Assembly: GCA_015522475.1 (NCBI GenBank)
Contig: WAMF01000001.1
Coordinates: 36,054 to 100,053, forward strand
Direction: 5' to 3'
DNA from: Candidatus Micrarchaeota archaeon
GTDB lineage: Archaea > Micrarchaeota > Micrarchaeia > Anstonellales > J096
DNA length: 64,000 nucleotides
In this document: positions 19,738 to 28,927 of the stretch, piece by piece
Layout of the letters: each line of letters starts with the position of its first letter
Position numbering within the stretch: the first letter of the stretch is position 1
Position numbers and translations under genes: made by a program
Notes under the pieces: generated by a model
Told to the model about the DNA's origin: nothing
Databases searched by the model: none
Seen by the model: only the letters and a program-made list of their open reading frames with translations

Positions 19738-19906
19738 ATGGGGCTAAACCAGGGGGTTGCCCGTAATGGGCTAAGAAGCGCCTCTAGGCGCTCACTCTGC
19801 TTCGCGGAGTTCGCGGGCCAGACTTGGCCTGCTTACGGCGCTTCGCGCGTCGTGCCAAGTGTCCTCCCTTCGGGTTGAGGACCACCTCCTGGGGCCTAAC
19901 CTTCTT
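19738..19906. ncRNA. candidate structured non-coding RNA (GC-rich island)
   Basis: ~170-nt, ~65% GC block in otherwise AT-rich intergenic space with no ORF; several perfect hairpins and termini that can pair. Identity unknown. Confidence 0.3.
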
Positions 19907-20001
19907 TTAAGCTTTCTTTCCAGTCGACTAAATATGACTAAACTTTCATTGATCCTTCGCCGCTGGCATAAGTTATTAAAGTTTAATCGCCAAAAACCAG
20001 C

Positions 20002-21609
20002 GTGACCGAGCTCTACGAAAAGCTAAACCAAGCGTGGAAACAAACGTGTAAGATAGTGCTAGGCGATGAGGTAGGCGAGCTGAGCGAGTATAAGCCATGG
20101 TTGGAAGAAGTCTTCAAGGAGTATAGCTCTCCAGAGTACGGCCCTTGGAAAAAGGAAGTGAGCTCAGCCTTGACGGAGAAAGCCGTTTACGTTTTTGCCC
20201 CTTTCTATGAGAAGGGAGCTAAGTTCGCTGAGTATGATCTATTAAAGGAGAAAAAGATAGAGCCTTTATCGTTAGATGAGATAAAGGACATAGACTCTAT
20301 TTTAGAGGCATGGAAAGAGCGCTGGTGTTATAAGGCCAGTGTCGTCCTAGGCAAAAGCTATCATGTAGAAGAAAGCGATTCCGTGTTTAATTCAAGCTTT
20401 GTGTTGGGCTCCTATGCTGTAGCAGAGTCTAGCTACGTGGCTTATTCCATATGGGTAAGGAATGGTGGAAGATATATATTCGGTAGTGGAGGCGGGCCGG
20501 GTTTTAAGTTTGCCATACGTTCAGGATACGGCGCTGGCTTCAATCGCGGCATGGGCACATACTTTTTCGCTAACGTAAGCGACGTTTACTTTAGCCACTA
20601 CATCTTTGACAGCAGCGAGGTCATGTTCTCCTTTAATCAGATAGGTAAGCACTACATCATAGGCAATCTTCAGCTAACAAAGGATAAATACATGCAAACA
20701 AAAGCGGCTTTACTTGAGCAGATAAGGGCTGAGTTAAAAGCAAAGAAACGTTTTCCTTCTCTCATGGAGTTAGTGGCTGAAAATAAAGCTAAGCTTCTCC
20801 CTATCCCAGAAGAAGAGCTGAAGAAGATAAGTGTAGAGGAAGAGAAGTGCGATATGAAGCCCATAGAGGCGGGATTTGAGCGCACAACAAAGCTTTTGCT
20901 AGGAGAGAGCTTTACTTTAGATGAGCTGAAGGGCTATCTCATGGGGAAGCGAGCCGTTCCTCCTCAGCTCATAGAAACGCCCAGCGGAGCTAAGGCTGTG
21001 TACTACTCCGTTCTTTATCACACATCTTGGCCTAGTGACATAAACCTCAGGATCATTATTGACAAGGAAGCTAATGCGGCAGCAACTGTAACACTGGAAG
21101 AAAGCTCTATAAAAGAGCTCAGGAGTATTCGTCAAAGTATCGGGAGGATCGCCTACATATCCCAAAGCCTTTCATATAAGAGTATGAATATCTGCAGCGT
21201 TCCCATATCTTTCAACTCAAGGGATGTCGCATATATCTTTGACACTACAGAGAATAAAGTGGCAGCCTATAATTACGTGGGCAGCCCCTCTTCCAGCTAC
21301 ATCTTCGGTAGCTTTTTCACCACCAACTCTTCCTTTGTCATAAACAGCGACGTAAATGAGAACCTGCAGCGCGCTATAGAAGCAGACCGCTGCTCAAACA
21401 GTAGCGACATTTATTTCAGCCACGATATAGACGGCTCAACAGAAGTTATGTTCTCCCAGCACTTGAAAGGCGCGCGCTACACCATTGGCAACTTAGCCCT
21501 TGATAAGGAAAAATACCTCTCCATAAAAGCCTCCCTACTCAGCCAAGTCGTGAATGAATTAAAAAGCAAAGGCAAGCTGCACTTCGGCGTGAGGGAGCTA
21601 GGTGTATAG
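20002..21609 (+). CDS. repeat-module protein of unrecognised family (fused paralog)
   Basis: 535 aa; two tandem modules each consisting of S/V-rich beta-strand-like repeats capped by the helix KY..IKAALLEQI..ELKAKK; no match to families I recognise. Confidence 0.55.
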   Translation: MTELYEKLNQAWKQTCKIVLGDEVGELSEYKPWLEEVFKEYSSPEYGPWKKEVSSALTEKAVYVFAPFYEKGAKFAEYDLLKEKKIEPLSLDEIKDIDSILEAWKERWCYKASVVLGKSYHVEESDSVFNSSFVLGSYAVAESSYVAYSIWVRNGGRYIFGSGGGPGFKFAIRSGYGAGFNRGMGTYFFANVSDVYFSHYIFDSSEVMFSFNQIGKHYIIGNLQLTKDKYMQTKAALLEQIRAELKAKKRFPSLMELVAENKAKLLPIPEEELKKISVEEEKCDMKPIEAGFERTTKLLLGESFTLDELKGYLMGKRAVPPQLIETPSGAKAVYYSVLYHTSWPSDINLRIIIDKEANAAATVTLEESSIKELRSIRQSIGRIAYISQSLSYKSMNICSVPISFNSRDVAYIFDTTENKVAAYNYVGSPSSSYIFGSFFTTNSSFVINSDVNENLQRAIEADRCSNSSDIYFSHDIDGSTEVMFSQHLKGARYTIGNLALDKEKYLSIKASLLSQVVNELKSKGKLHFGVRELGV

Positions 21610-21732
21610 GAACCTTGAGTTATTAGAGATAAGCATAGGATAAGGAAGAAATAGAAAGTATCTAAAGTAACTCCTATTTAATTCTTACAAAAAGCGGGGG
21701 CCCTTTAAAACACTTCCAACCAAAACACAAAG

Positions 21733-24339
21733 GTGGGATCGGTAAAGTACCTTAAAAAAGCATATAAAGACGAAGAGATATTCAAGCTCCTGGATGAGCA
21801 CGTAGCCCTATGGTTCAGGCGCAAGTATAAGAGCTTCACACCTCCTCAAAAATACGCCGTTAAGGAGATCCATGAGAAGAAAAACGTGCTCATAAGCTCG
21901 CCTACGGGCAGCGGCAAGACACTCTCAGCCTTCTTAGCTGTGCTCAACGAACTGCTTAAAAAGCACAAGGAAGGACAGCTCGATAACAAAATTTACTGTA
22001 TATATATCTCACCCCTACGAGCGCTCAACAACGACATAAAACGCAACCTCCTAGATCCTATAAAAGGCATAGGCAAAGTGATGAAAGAAAAGCTGCCCAT
22101 ACGCGTCGGCGTAAGAACGAGCGACACAACGGCTAAGGAAAAGGCAGAGATGTTGAGAAAGCCACCACATATTCTTATAACAACGCCCGAAAGCTTAGCC
22201 ATCTTGTTAAACAGCCCAAAATTTTCCCTTCATTTTAAAGAGGTCCAGTGGGTTATAGTGGATGAAATCCACAGCCTCGTTGAAAACAAAAGAGGCAGCC
22301 ATCTCAGTCTCAGCCTAGAGAGGCTCGCCCATAGAAACCAAGAATTTGTCAGGATAGGCTTATCAGCTACAATCTCTCCTCTGGAAGAAGTAGCCAAGTT
22401 TCTTGCGGGTGAGGGTAGAGACTGTGCCATAGTAGACGTAAACTACGTAAAGCAGACGGAGATAGAAGTATTAACGCCCGTAAGAGACCTCATATACACG
22501 CCGACACCAGTCTTAGATAGAAAGCTCTATCAACTCCTGGACGAGCTCATAGAAGAGCACGATACAACGCTCATATTTACAAACACACGCAGCGGTACAG
22601 AGAGGGTTGTAGCCAACTTAAAGGCTATGTTCGGCAAAAAGTATATAGAGAATCTAGCAGCTCATCACTCCAGCCTCAGCAGGCGTATCCGTCTAGACAC
22701 GGAAGAAAAGTTGAAGAGAGGTGAGTTCAAAGCCGTAGTCTCATCCACAAGCTTAGAGCTAGGTATAGACATAGGAAGTATAGACCTCGTCGTGCTCCTC
22801 GGCTCGCCCAAATCGGCTGTGAGGGCATTGCAGCGCATAGGGCGGAGCGGTCACAGACTGCACGAAACAAGTAAGAGCTGTATGATAGGCTTAGACAGAG
22901 ACGACGTAGTTGAGTGCAGCGTTATAGCCAGAAACGCGCTCGAAAGAAGGTTTGGCAAAGTACGCATACCTAAAGCGCCCCTCGACGTGCTCAGTCAGCA
23001 TATAGTAGGTATGGCCATAGAACAGGTGTGGGATGTATTCGACGCATACGAGCTTGTGAAGCGCGCATATCCCTACAGAGAGCTCAGCTTTGAATCGTTC
23101 AAACGCGTCATAGAATACCTAAGCGGCGCTTACGAAGAGTTGGAAGTGAGAAATATATATGCAAAGATATGGTACGAAGACGGCAAGTTTGGTAGAAGAG
23201 GCAAGATGATACGCGCCATTTACTACATGAACGTCGGCACAATTCCCGAAGAGGCCTACATAAAAGTCTTCACGCGCAACAAGGAGTTTATAGGTGAAAT
23301 CGAAGAAGCGTTTGCAGAACGCCTTATAAAAGGGGACATTTTTGCCCTCGGCGGAAAAACATATGAGTTTTTGTATTCGAGAGGCAACAGCATAGTGGTG
23401 GAGCCCGCATATGAGAGAAAGCCAACGATTCCTGCTTGGTATTCAGAGATGCTCCCTCTAGATTACAACTTAGCTTTGGACATAGAGGCATTTAGAGAGG
23501 ACATAGCGAAAAAGCTGAGGCAGGCAGAGATGAAGGAAGTGGACGAGGAAGTAGTGGAAAAGGAGCTTATGGAAACATATAAGCTAGATGAAAAGGGCAG
23601 CTCTGCAGTAATCTCTTACATAAAAGAGCAGGACGCATACAGCATAGTTCCGGGAAAGGAACACTTCCTTGTCGAAGAATATCTCGACATAGAAGAAAGC
23701 CTAAAGCATTACATCTTCCACACACTGGCTGGAAGAAAGGCCAACGAAGTCCTAGCTAGAATCTTCGCGTACGTCGTAGGCAAAGACAAAGGTATAAACG
23801 TGAGAGTAAGTGTCAGTGACTACGGCTTCGTGTTAAGCATGCCTAGATGGCGCACGCTCAAAGAAGAGGACATAAAAAAGATTTTCGAATACAGTGAAGA
23901 TGAGCTGGCATCTGCTCTTCGGAAAAGCATAGAAGGCTCCGAAATATTAAGGCGGCGCTTCAGGCACGTTGCAGCCAGAGGCTTCCTTATACTAAAACGC
24001 TATGGCAAAAAGACGATGAGCGCCAATAGGCAGCAAATCTCCGCCGATTCCCTCTTAAAATTCCTGCTCATGTATATGAGAAACTTTCCCCTTATAGAAG
24101 AAACATATCGAGAAGTGTTATATGACGCGATGCACATAGACGAGGCCTTTGACTACTTAAAAAAACTAGGCACGCGCGTCTTTGTCATGAAAAAGGGTTT
24201 AGCCGTGCTATCACCTTTTGCATTTAACTTATTAGCTAGCGGAGCTACCGACGTCGTCATGCTTCAAGACAGGCGGACATTCGTAAAGGAGCTCCACAGG
24301 AAGCTCATGGAGGAGATGCGTGACAAGGGGAAAAGATAA
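21733..24339 (+). CDS. lhr: Lhr-like (large helicase-related) SF2 DEAD/DEAH helicase
   Basis: SSPTGSGKT Walker A, VIVDEIHS (DEIH), SAT, and long C-terminal Lhr-core-like domain; 868 aa. Confidence 0.8.
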   Translation: MGSVKYLKKAYKDEEIFKLLDEHVALWFRRKYKSFTPPQKYAVKEIHEKKNVLISSPTGSGKTLSAFLAVLNELLKKHKEGQLDNKIYCIYISPLRALNNDIKRNLLDPIKGIGKVMKEKLPIRVGVRTSDTTAKEKAEMLRKPPHILITTPESLAILLNSPKFSLHFKEVQWVIVDEIHSLVENKRGSHLSLSLERLAHRNQEFVRIGLSATISPLEEVAKFLAGEGRDCAIVDVNYVKQTEIEVLTPVRDLIYTPTPVLDRKLYQLLDELIEEHDTTLIFTNTRSGTERVVANLKAMFGKKYIENLAAHHSSLSRRIRLDTEEKLKRGEFKAVVSSTSLELGIDIGSIDLVVLLGSPKSAVRALQRIGRSGHRLHETSKSCMIGLDRDDVVECSVIARNALERRFGKVRIPKAPLDVLSQHIVGMAIEQVWDVFDAYELVKRAYPYRELSFESFKRVIEYLSGAYEELEVRNIYAKIWYEDGKFGRRGKMIRAIYYMNVGTIPEEAYIKVFTRNKEFIGEIEEAFAERLIKGDIFALGGKTYEFLYSRGNSIVVEPAYERKPTIPAWYSEMLPLDYNLALDIEAFREDIAKKLRQAEMKEVDEEVVEKELMETYKLDEKGSSAVISYIKEQDAYSIVPGKEHFLVEEYLDIEESLKHYIFHTLAGRKANEVLARIFAYVVGKDKGINVRVSVSDYGFVLSMPRWRTLKEEDIKKIFEYSEDELASALRKSIEGSEILRRRFRHVAARGFLILKRYGKKTMSANRQQISADSLLKFLLMYMRNFPLIEETYREVLYDAMHIDEAFDYLKKLGTRVFVMKKGLAVLSPFAFNLLASGATDVVMLQDRRTFVKELHRKLMEEMRDKGKR

Positions 24340-24372
24340 AAAGGCGCGAGTTGAAGGATATGAGAGGATAAA

Positions 24373-25311
24373 ATGAAGAGCCGAATTTATATTGTAGGCA
24401 AGTCTCGCCTGGGAAGAGCCATAAAAGCGGAGCTACCAGAGGCCAAGCTCATATCTCGGAGCGACGGCATAGCCTATACAGAAAAGACTTTGACGCCGAT
24501 CCTTAAAGACGCTAATGTCGTCATTCTAGCTGCCGGGAAGACGCGCGGAAGTGAAGCGGAGCTAATGAGAGAGCATGTAAAAACAGCCGAAGCTGTGGCA
24601 AGAGCCGTGCCAAAAAATGCTACATTGCTCTATGCCTCGAGCATCTCCGTCTATGGAAAAAAACGAGGGCCAATAAAAGGTGGCGAATCCTTGCCTTTAA
24701 AGCCAGACACTGCTTATGCAAAGGCGAAGGCCGAAGCTGAAAAAGCGCTTAGAACAGCTAGAAGAGTTAGAGCACGCGACAAGACCATCATTTTCAGAAT
24801 AGGTACAATGTACGGCATAGAATACGAAAGTTATGTGAAGATGTTCAAAGCCATAGAGAAAGGGCTCGTCCCTGTTATAGGAGCTGGTAAAAACAACGTG
24901 CCTTTCACATACATAAGAGATGTGGCAAAAGCCTTTGCAGCAGCCACCAAGCAGCTCATAAAAGGAAGGGGCCTCGCCTACGACGTGTATAACCTAGCAG
25001 GAAGCGGTTGTCAACAAGAAGCAGCCATAGATTTAGCAGCACAGTATTTGGGCGCGAAGCCGAGAAAGATTCATGTACCGCTCTTTTTAGCCAAAGGTAT
25101 GGGGAAGCTGTGCAACGCGATTAACGACGTTGGAAAGAGCGGCTGCCCTTGGGATGAAGAGGCTGTATTGAGCTTATCCTCTGATAGGCACATATCAAGC
25201 GAGCGCGCAAAAAAAGCAGCTCTATTTAAAGAAACGCCCATACAAAAAGGTATTGAAGCAGTTGTAAAAGCATACAAAGCCCAAACTATAGGCAAAAAGC
25301 CTAAGCAGTGA
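24373..25311 (+). CDS. NAD(P)-binding SDR-family epimerase/dehydratase-like protein
   Basis: N-terminal Rossmann IYIVGKSRLGRAI; YAKAK (YxxxK) catalytic motif; 312 aa. Confidence 0.5.
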   Translation: MKSRIYIVGKSRLGRAIKAELPEAKLISRSDGIAYTEKTLTPILKDANVVILAAGKTRGSEAELMREHVKTAEAVARAVPKNATLLYASSISVYGKKRGPIKGGESLPLKPDTAYAKAKAEAEKALRTARRVRARDKTIIFRIGTMYGIEYESYVKMFKAIEKGLVPVIGAGKNNVPFTYIRDVAKAFAAATKQLIKGRGLAYDVYNLAGSGCQQEAAIDLAAQYLGAKPRKIHVPLFLAKGMGKLCNAINDVGKSGCPWDEEAVLSLSSDRHISSERAKKAALFKETPIQKGIEAVVKAYKAQTIGKKPKQ

Positions 25312-25339
25312 AGGGCTGTTAGCTGAGCACTGAAGATAA

Positions 25340-26047
25340 ATGGAGAAACGAAGGGGAAGCATGCTTAAGCAAATGATGTGGGCTCTTGAAGCTGGCAGGG
25401 TTTACAGAGAGCTCACAAAAGAATGGAAAGAGCCCGGCCCATTAAAGGACAGGATACGCTATACATTGTATTTGGCTGGTACTGCCACTGTTCTAAAGGC
25501 GAGACGCGAAGACTACACACGCATAGGCCGCATATTCGCCTTCGCAGATATATTCGACGACCTCTTAGATAACGGCAAGTGGGAGAAAGCAAAAGCCTTT
25601 ATATCCGCCGTAAAAATGGAAGAGGAAGGATTGGCGAAGCGTTTCGAGCGACTCCTAAGATGGAAGCAAGTCCTTAAGTTCAAAACACCGAAGGCATTCA
25701 TGCTTTGGGATTTAATGGAAACGTACGGCGCATTCCTCGAAGTCGTGAAAAAAATGGATGTAAGTAATGCATTGAAGCAAGACCTGAAGCTCCTCACAAT
25801 TCACATGAACATACTCGACGATATAGAAGATTACAAAGAAGATATAAAAAACGGCGAACCTAACTTCTTGGAGCTCTGTATAGGCAAAATGGAGATAAAA
25901 GGCAACGTCGGCAGATTTCTAAGAAAACAACAGCCGGAGAAGCATAAAGAGATAAACGAGTATCTGAAAGGCCTAGAACGTCGAATGAAGTTGAAGCCCG
26001 TGAAGCTTTTGGCTAAGGCGAAGCGCATGAAAGTGCTGCTTGTATAG
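25340..26047 (+). CDS. hypothetical helical protein
   Basis: 235 aa; Asp-rich patches (FADIFDDLLDN, LDDIEDYKED) but no confident family assignment. Confidence 0.35.
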   Translation: MEKRRGSMLKQMMWALEAGRVYRELTKEWKEPGPLKDRIRYTLYLAGTATVLKARREDYTRIGRIFAFADIFDDLLDNGKWEKAKAFISAVKMEEEGLAKRFERLLRWKQVLKFKTPKAFMLWDLMETYGAFLEVVKKMDVSNALKQDLKLLTIHMNILDDIEDYKEDIKNGEPNFLELCIGKMEIKGNVGRFLRKQQPEKHKEINEYLKGLERRMKLKPVKLLAKAKRMKVLLV

Positions 26048-26061
26048 AGAAAAGGGATAAG

Positions 26062-26958
26062 ATGAAGAAGGGAGAAGGAAAAGGAAATGAAGAGAGGAAA
26101 AGGAAAAAGAGTAGACAAGAAGAAATGCAGGAGAGGAAGCAAAAAAAAGAGCAGAAAAGAGGGCACGAGGCGGAGCATAACGAACACAAACAAGCAGAAC
26201 AAAGTGTGGAAGAGCTCGAGCTCTTCTACAATCGCTCAGCTATAGAAAATGCCAATTATTACTTCACTCTAGCCAAAAAGATGAAGAAAAAAGCAGAAGG
26301 AGCCGAGAAAGCCATTAAAGAGCTAGAAAAAAAGCTGAGCAAAGAAGAGAAAAAGAAGGCGAAAGAAAGGGCCAAGAGACAAAGCGGCGAGTTCAGTGTA
26401 GCTGAAGCCAAAGATGTTATAACAACTACGACAAGCGCGGGTTTAACTGTCCATATAGGTAAAGAAGCGGGTGCTAATGAAAAGCTGTATAGGGCTATGA
26501 CAATGGATGACTTGTTTTTCCATGCAGACATACACGGAGCTGCAACAGTTATTTTGAAAAAGGGTGCAAACGCGCCATTGAGAGATAAGCTGGAGGCAGC
26601 CACACTAGCAGCAAGCTACAGTAAAGCCTGGAAGCTAGACTACAACGCAGTCACAGTTTATGCTGTTATGAAGGACCAAATAAAGCCTTTGGCAAAAGCA
26701 GGACAATATGACTTTGAAGGCAAGAGAGAATGGTTTAAGAACGCGGCACTCCGTCTTATTATAGGCATACATAGAAATAAGCTCAATATCTTCGCTGTTA
26801 ACACAAAGTTAAATATTAAAAAAGCGGTGAGCATAAGCCCTGGCGGCAAGCTGAAGAAAGATGCTGCTGCTAAATGGCTGGCTGAATTCTACGGTGTGGA
26901 TGAGGCTAAGATAAAAGCGCTGTTGCCTTCGGGCAAGTTCTATCTGAAAAGAATTTAA
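26062..26958 (+). CDS. coiled-coil protein with C-terminal NFACT-R/DUF814 domain
   Basis: Lys/Glu-rich N-terminal half; C-terminal DDLFFHADIHGAATVIL matches the DUF814 (FbpA/Tae2/RqcH C-terminal) signature. Confidence 0.55.
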   Translation: MKKGEGKGNEERKRKKSRQEEMQERKQKKEQKRGHEAEHNEHKQAEQSVEELELFYNRSAIENANYYFTLAKKMKKKAEGAEKAIKELEKKLSKEEKKKAKERAKRQSGEFSVAEAKDVITTTTSAGLTVHIGKEAGANEKLYRAMTMDDLFFHADIHGAATVILKKGANAPLRDKLEAATLAASYSKAWKLDYNAVTVYAVMKDQIKPLAKAGQYDFEGKREWFKNAALRLIIGIHRNKLNIFAVNTKLNIKKAVSISPGGKLKKDAAAKWLAEFYGVDEAKIKALLPSGKFYLKRI

Positions 26959-26971
26959 TGGAAAGCTAAAG

Positions 26972-27745
26972 CTAGAGGTTCAATAGGAAGTCCAGATACT
27001 CACCTAAGTTGTTAAAGATGCGCTTAGCGCCTTTTTGATAGAGCCATTCTCGTCGGCCCATGCCAGAGTAAATGGCATAGGTTTCAAAACCCGCTTTTTT
27101 TGCTCCTTCGACATCATGAGGCCCATCACATACATACAGAACATTGCTGGCTTGGATGTGGCCTTTCTCCGCTTGGTTAGTTGTGTCAGCGGTGTTAGCC
27201 AGCTGAATTGCTCTACTGTAGATGGTGGGATGCGGCTTTTTGACACCCACATCATAAGCGCTCACGACAAATGCAAAATGATTTATGAACGGAATGTGCT
27301 TTTTAACAAAGTAAGGGTCGTCGTTGGTTACAATGCCCAACAAGTATTTCTCTTTCAGAGCATCAAACTTGGGCACATGCTTCTCGTTAAAAAGGGGTTT
27401 GCTCCCTATAGCTTTCGTGTGCCTCTTCAGCATGCTCCTAAGCTCATAGGCGCGCTGCTTATATAAAGAGGGCTCAAGCCCTGCCAAAAGCCCCCTTGCT
27501 ATTTCCTCGGCTTTGTCGACATGCTCTACGTTGAGCTTAGAAACTAACTCCTTTCTATCGTAAGCAGCCATTAAAGGAAGTAAATTGGCATTGCCCAATA
27601 AAGGAGGCACACCTCTAAGAAAGATGTAATCTTTGAAGGTGTAATCTTTGGATAAAGCTGCGTTAAACTCCTCCAAAAAGGAGGAAATAGCTTCTTCATA
27701 GGTTAAGAGCACACCGTTAACATCAAAAAACGCCGCCGAATACAT
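26972..27745 (-). CDS. HAD-superfamily hydrolase
   Basis: N-terminal AFFDVNGVLL (motif I variant), VSAYDVGVKKP (motif III region), VLYVCDGPHDVEGA (motif IV). Confidence 0.55.
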   Translation of the reverse strand: MYSAAFFDVNGVLLTYEEAISSFLEEFNAALSKDYTFKDYIFLRGVPPLLGNANLLPLMAAYDRKELVSKLNVEHVDKAEEIARGLLAGLEPSLYKQRAYELRSMLKRHTKAIGSKPLFNEKHVPKFDALKEKYLLGIVTNDDPYFVKKHIPFINHFAFVVSAYDVGVKKPHPTIYSRAIQLANTADTTNQAEKGHIQASNVLYVCDGPHDVEGAKKAGFETYAIYSGMGRREWLYQKGAKRIFNNLGEYLDFLLNL

Positions 27746-27831
27746 AGACCAAAATAAGAAGCCAAGTGTTTATTAAATTGACTAAATGACTAAGCTTTAA
27801 TTTGGTACCTTATAGCTCAATACGGAAGATC

Positions 27832-28464
27832 CTACAAGGACTTCCACATTATATAATTAGCCGATTTCACGCCGGGCAACTTAGCCACGCGCCCGCGCAG
27901 CTTAGGAGAATAGCCCGCCGCCCTGAAATAAAGCTTCCTACCATCTCGACGTTCCAAAGGAAGTGGAACCATGCTGGGATTAAACATCGCTCCATCATCT
28001 ATTTGAACAAGAAGGTGCTTTGGCTCGTAGCCATTCTTCATATAAAACCGCTCTACCCATTCTATATCAGCTGCCCCTACTGTAAGTTCTTCTTGGCCTG
28101 TAGCTTTAACGGCTCGCTCAAAACAGCTCAGCAAAGAAGAGCCTATGCCCCGCCGCCAAAACGCTTTCTTCACTGCCAAACTACCTATCACTATTTCGCC
28201 GTTCACAACATCCGGAAAGCAAATGCCTACAAGCTCATTGTTGAGATAATATGCTAGATGTAGTGAAGGATATTTTGTATAAAAAGCTTTGAACGCCTCG
28301 AAACTCATATCCAGCTCTGTGTAATCTTTGGCTAGCTGCCACCCCTCTTTGAGATCCTTTTCCAGCAGAAGCCTGCATAAGCCCAAAGCTGAGCGAGGGC
28401 TTTTTTGCGATTCTGTCATAAGCGCCTTTAGGCCAAGGTATTTAAAGATATTTTTCCAAGGCAC
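27832..28464 (-). CDS. GNAT family N-acetyltransferase
   Basis: VAVKKAFWRRGIGSSLL acetyl-CoA-binding motif (R/Q-x-x-G-x-G/A). Confidence 0.65.
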   Translation of the reverse strand: MPWKNIFKYLGLKALMTESQKSPRSALGLCRLLLEKDLKEGWQLAKDYTELDMSFEAFKAFYTKYPSLHLAYYLNNELVGICFPDVVNGEIVIGSLAVKKAFWRRGIGSSLLSCFERAVKATGQEELTVGAADIEWVERFYMKNGYEPKHLLVQIDDGAMFNPSMVPLPLERRDGRKLYFRAAGYSPKLRGRVAKLPGVKSANYIMWKSL

Positions 28465-28467
28465 CTC

Positions 28468-28890
28468 ATGACAAACTTATTTGAATGGTCTGGCATAGTC
28501 GGGGGCGTGATAATTGCCGGCTCCTATCTGCCACAGATATACAAGTTGCTGAAGACTAAGACGGCTAGAGGCATCTCGACAATCTTCGTTACGGCGCTGC
28601 TTGTGGGAAGCTTGCTTCTCCTCATTTACTCTCTGTATGTAGGAGATACGCTCTTCATAGCCCTTAATGGCTGCGCCAGTGTCTTTGCAGGCACGGTCCT
28701 AGCTTTAGCCGTTTACTACAAATACCATGAGAACGAAGGTTCTGGCAAAGTGCTAAGACAGTTCTTTCCGAAGAAAGGGGAAAGGACAAATGCCAAAAGG
28801 TCAAGAGTCAAGCCAAAGAAGGCGAAGTCCACAAAAACTACGAGAAAATCCACGAAGAGGAAAACCAAGAGGAAAGTCCAGCATAAATAG
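28468..28890 (+). CDS. PQ-loop (SemiSWEET/MtN3-like) small membrane protein with Lys-rich C-terminal tail
   Basis: YLPQIYKLLKTK PQ-loop motif in TM1; three predicted TM helices; ~45-aa K/R/T-rich tail. Confidence 0.5.
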   Translation: MTNLFEWSGIVGGVIIAGSYLPQIYKLLKTKTARGISTIFVTALLVGSLLLLIYSLYVGDTLFIALNGCASVFAGTVLALAVYYKYHENEGSGKVLRQFFPKKGERTNAKRSRVKPKKAKSTKTTRKSTKRKTKRKVQHK

Positions 28891-28927
28891 GCGTAGGCTT
28901 TTAAGCCCTCTTTCCTTTTTATAGAGC

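Noticed and set aside
19738-19906. Reading the GC-rich island as a tRNA or as a complete SRP/RNase P RNA
   Set aside because: No cloverleaf can be drawn. It is too short (~170 nt) for full SRP or RNase P RNA and I could not find their conserved motifs. It is kept only as an unclassified RNA candidate.
26259-26603. Antisense ORFs within Lys/Glu-rich genes (e.g. 26259..26603, 41139..41486, 39342..39632)
   Set aside because: These are low-complexity Ser/Ala/Phe-rich shadows of K/E-rich coding sequence on the opposite strand; typical artefacts.
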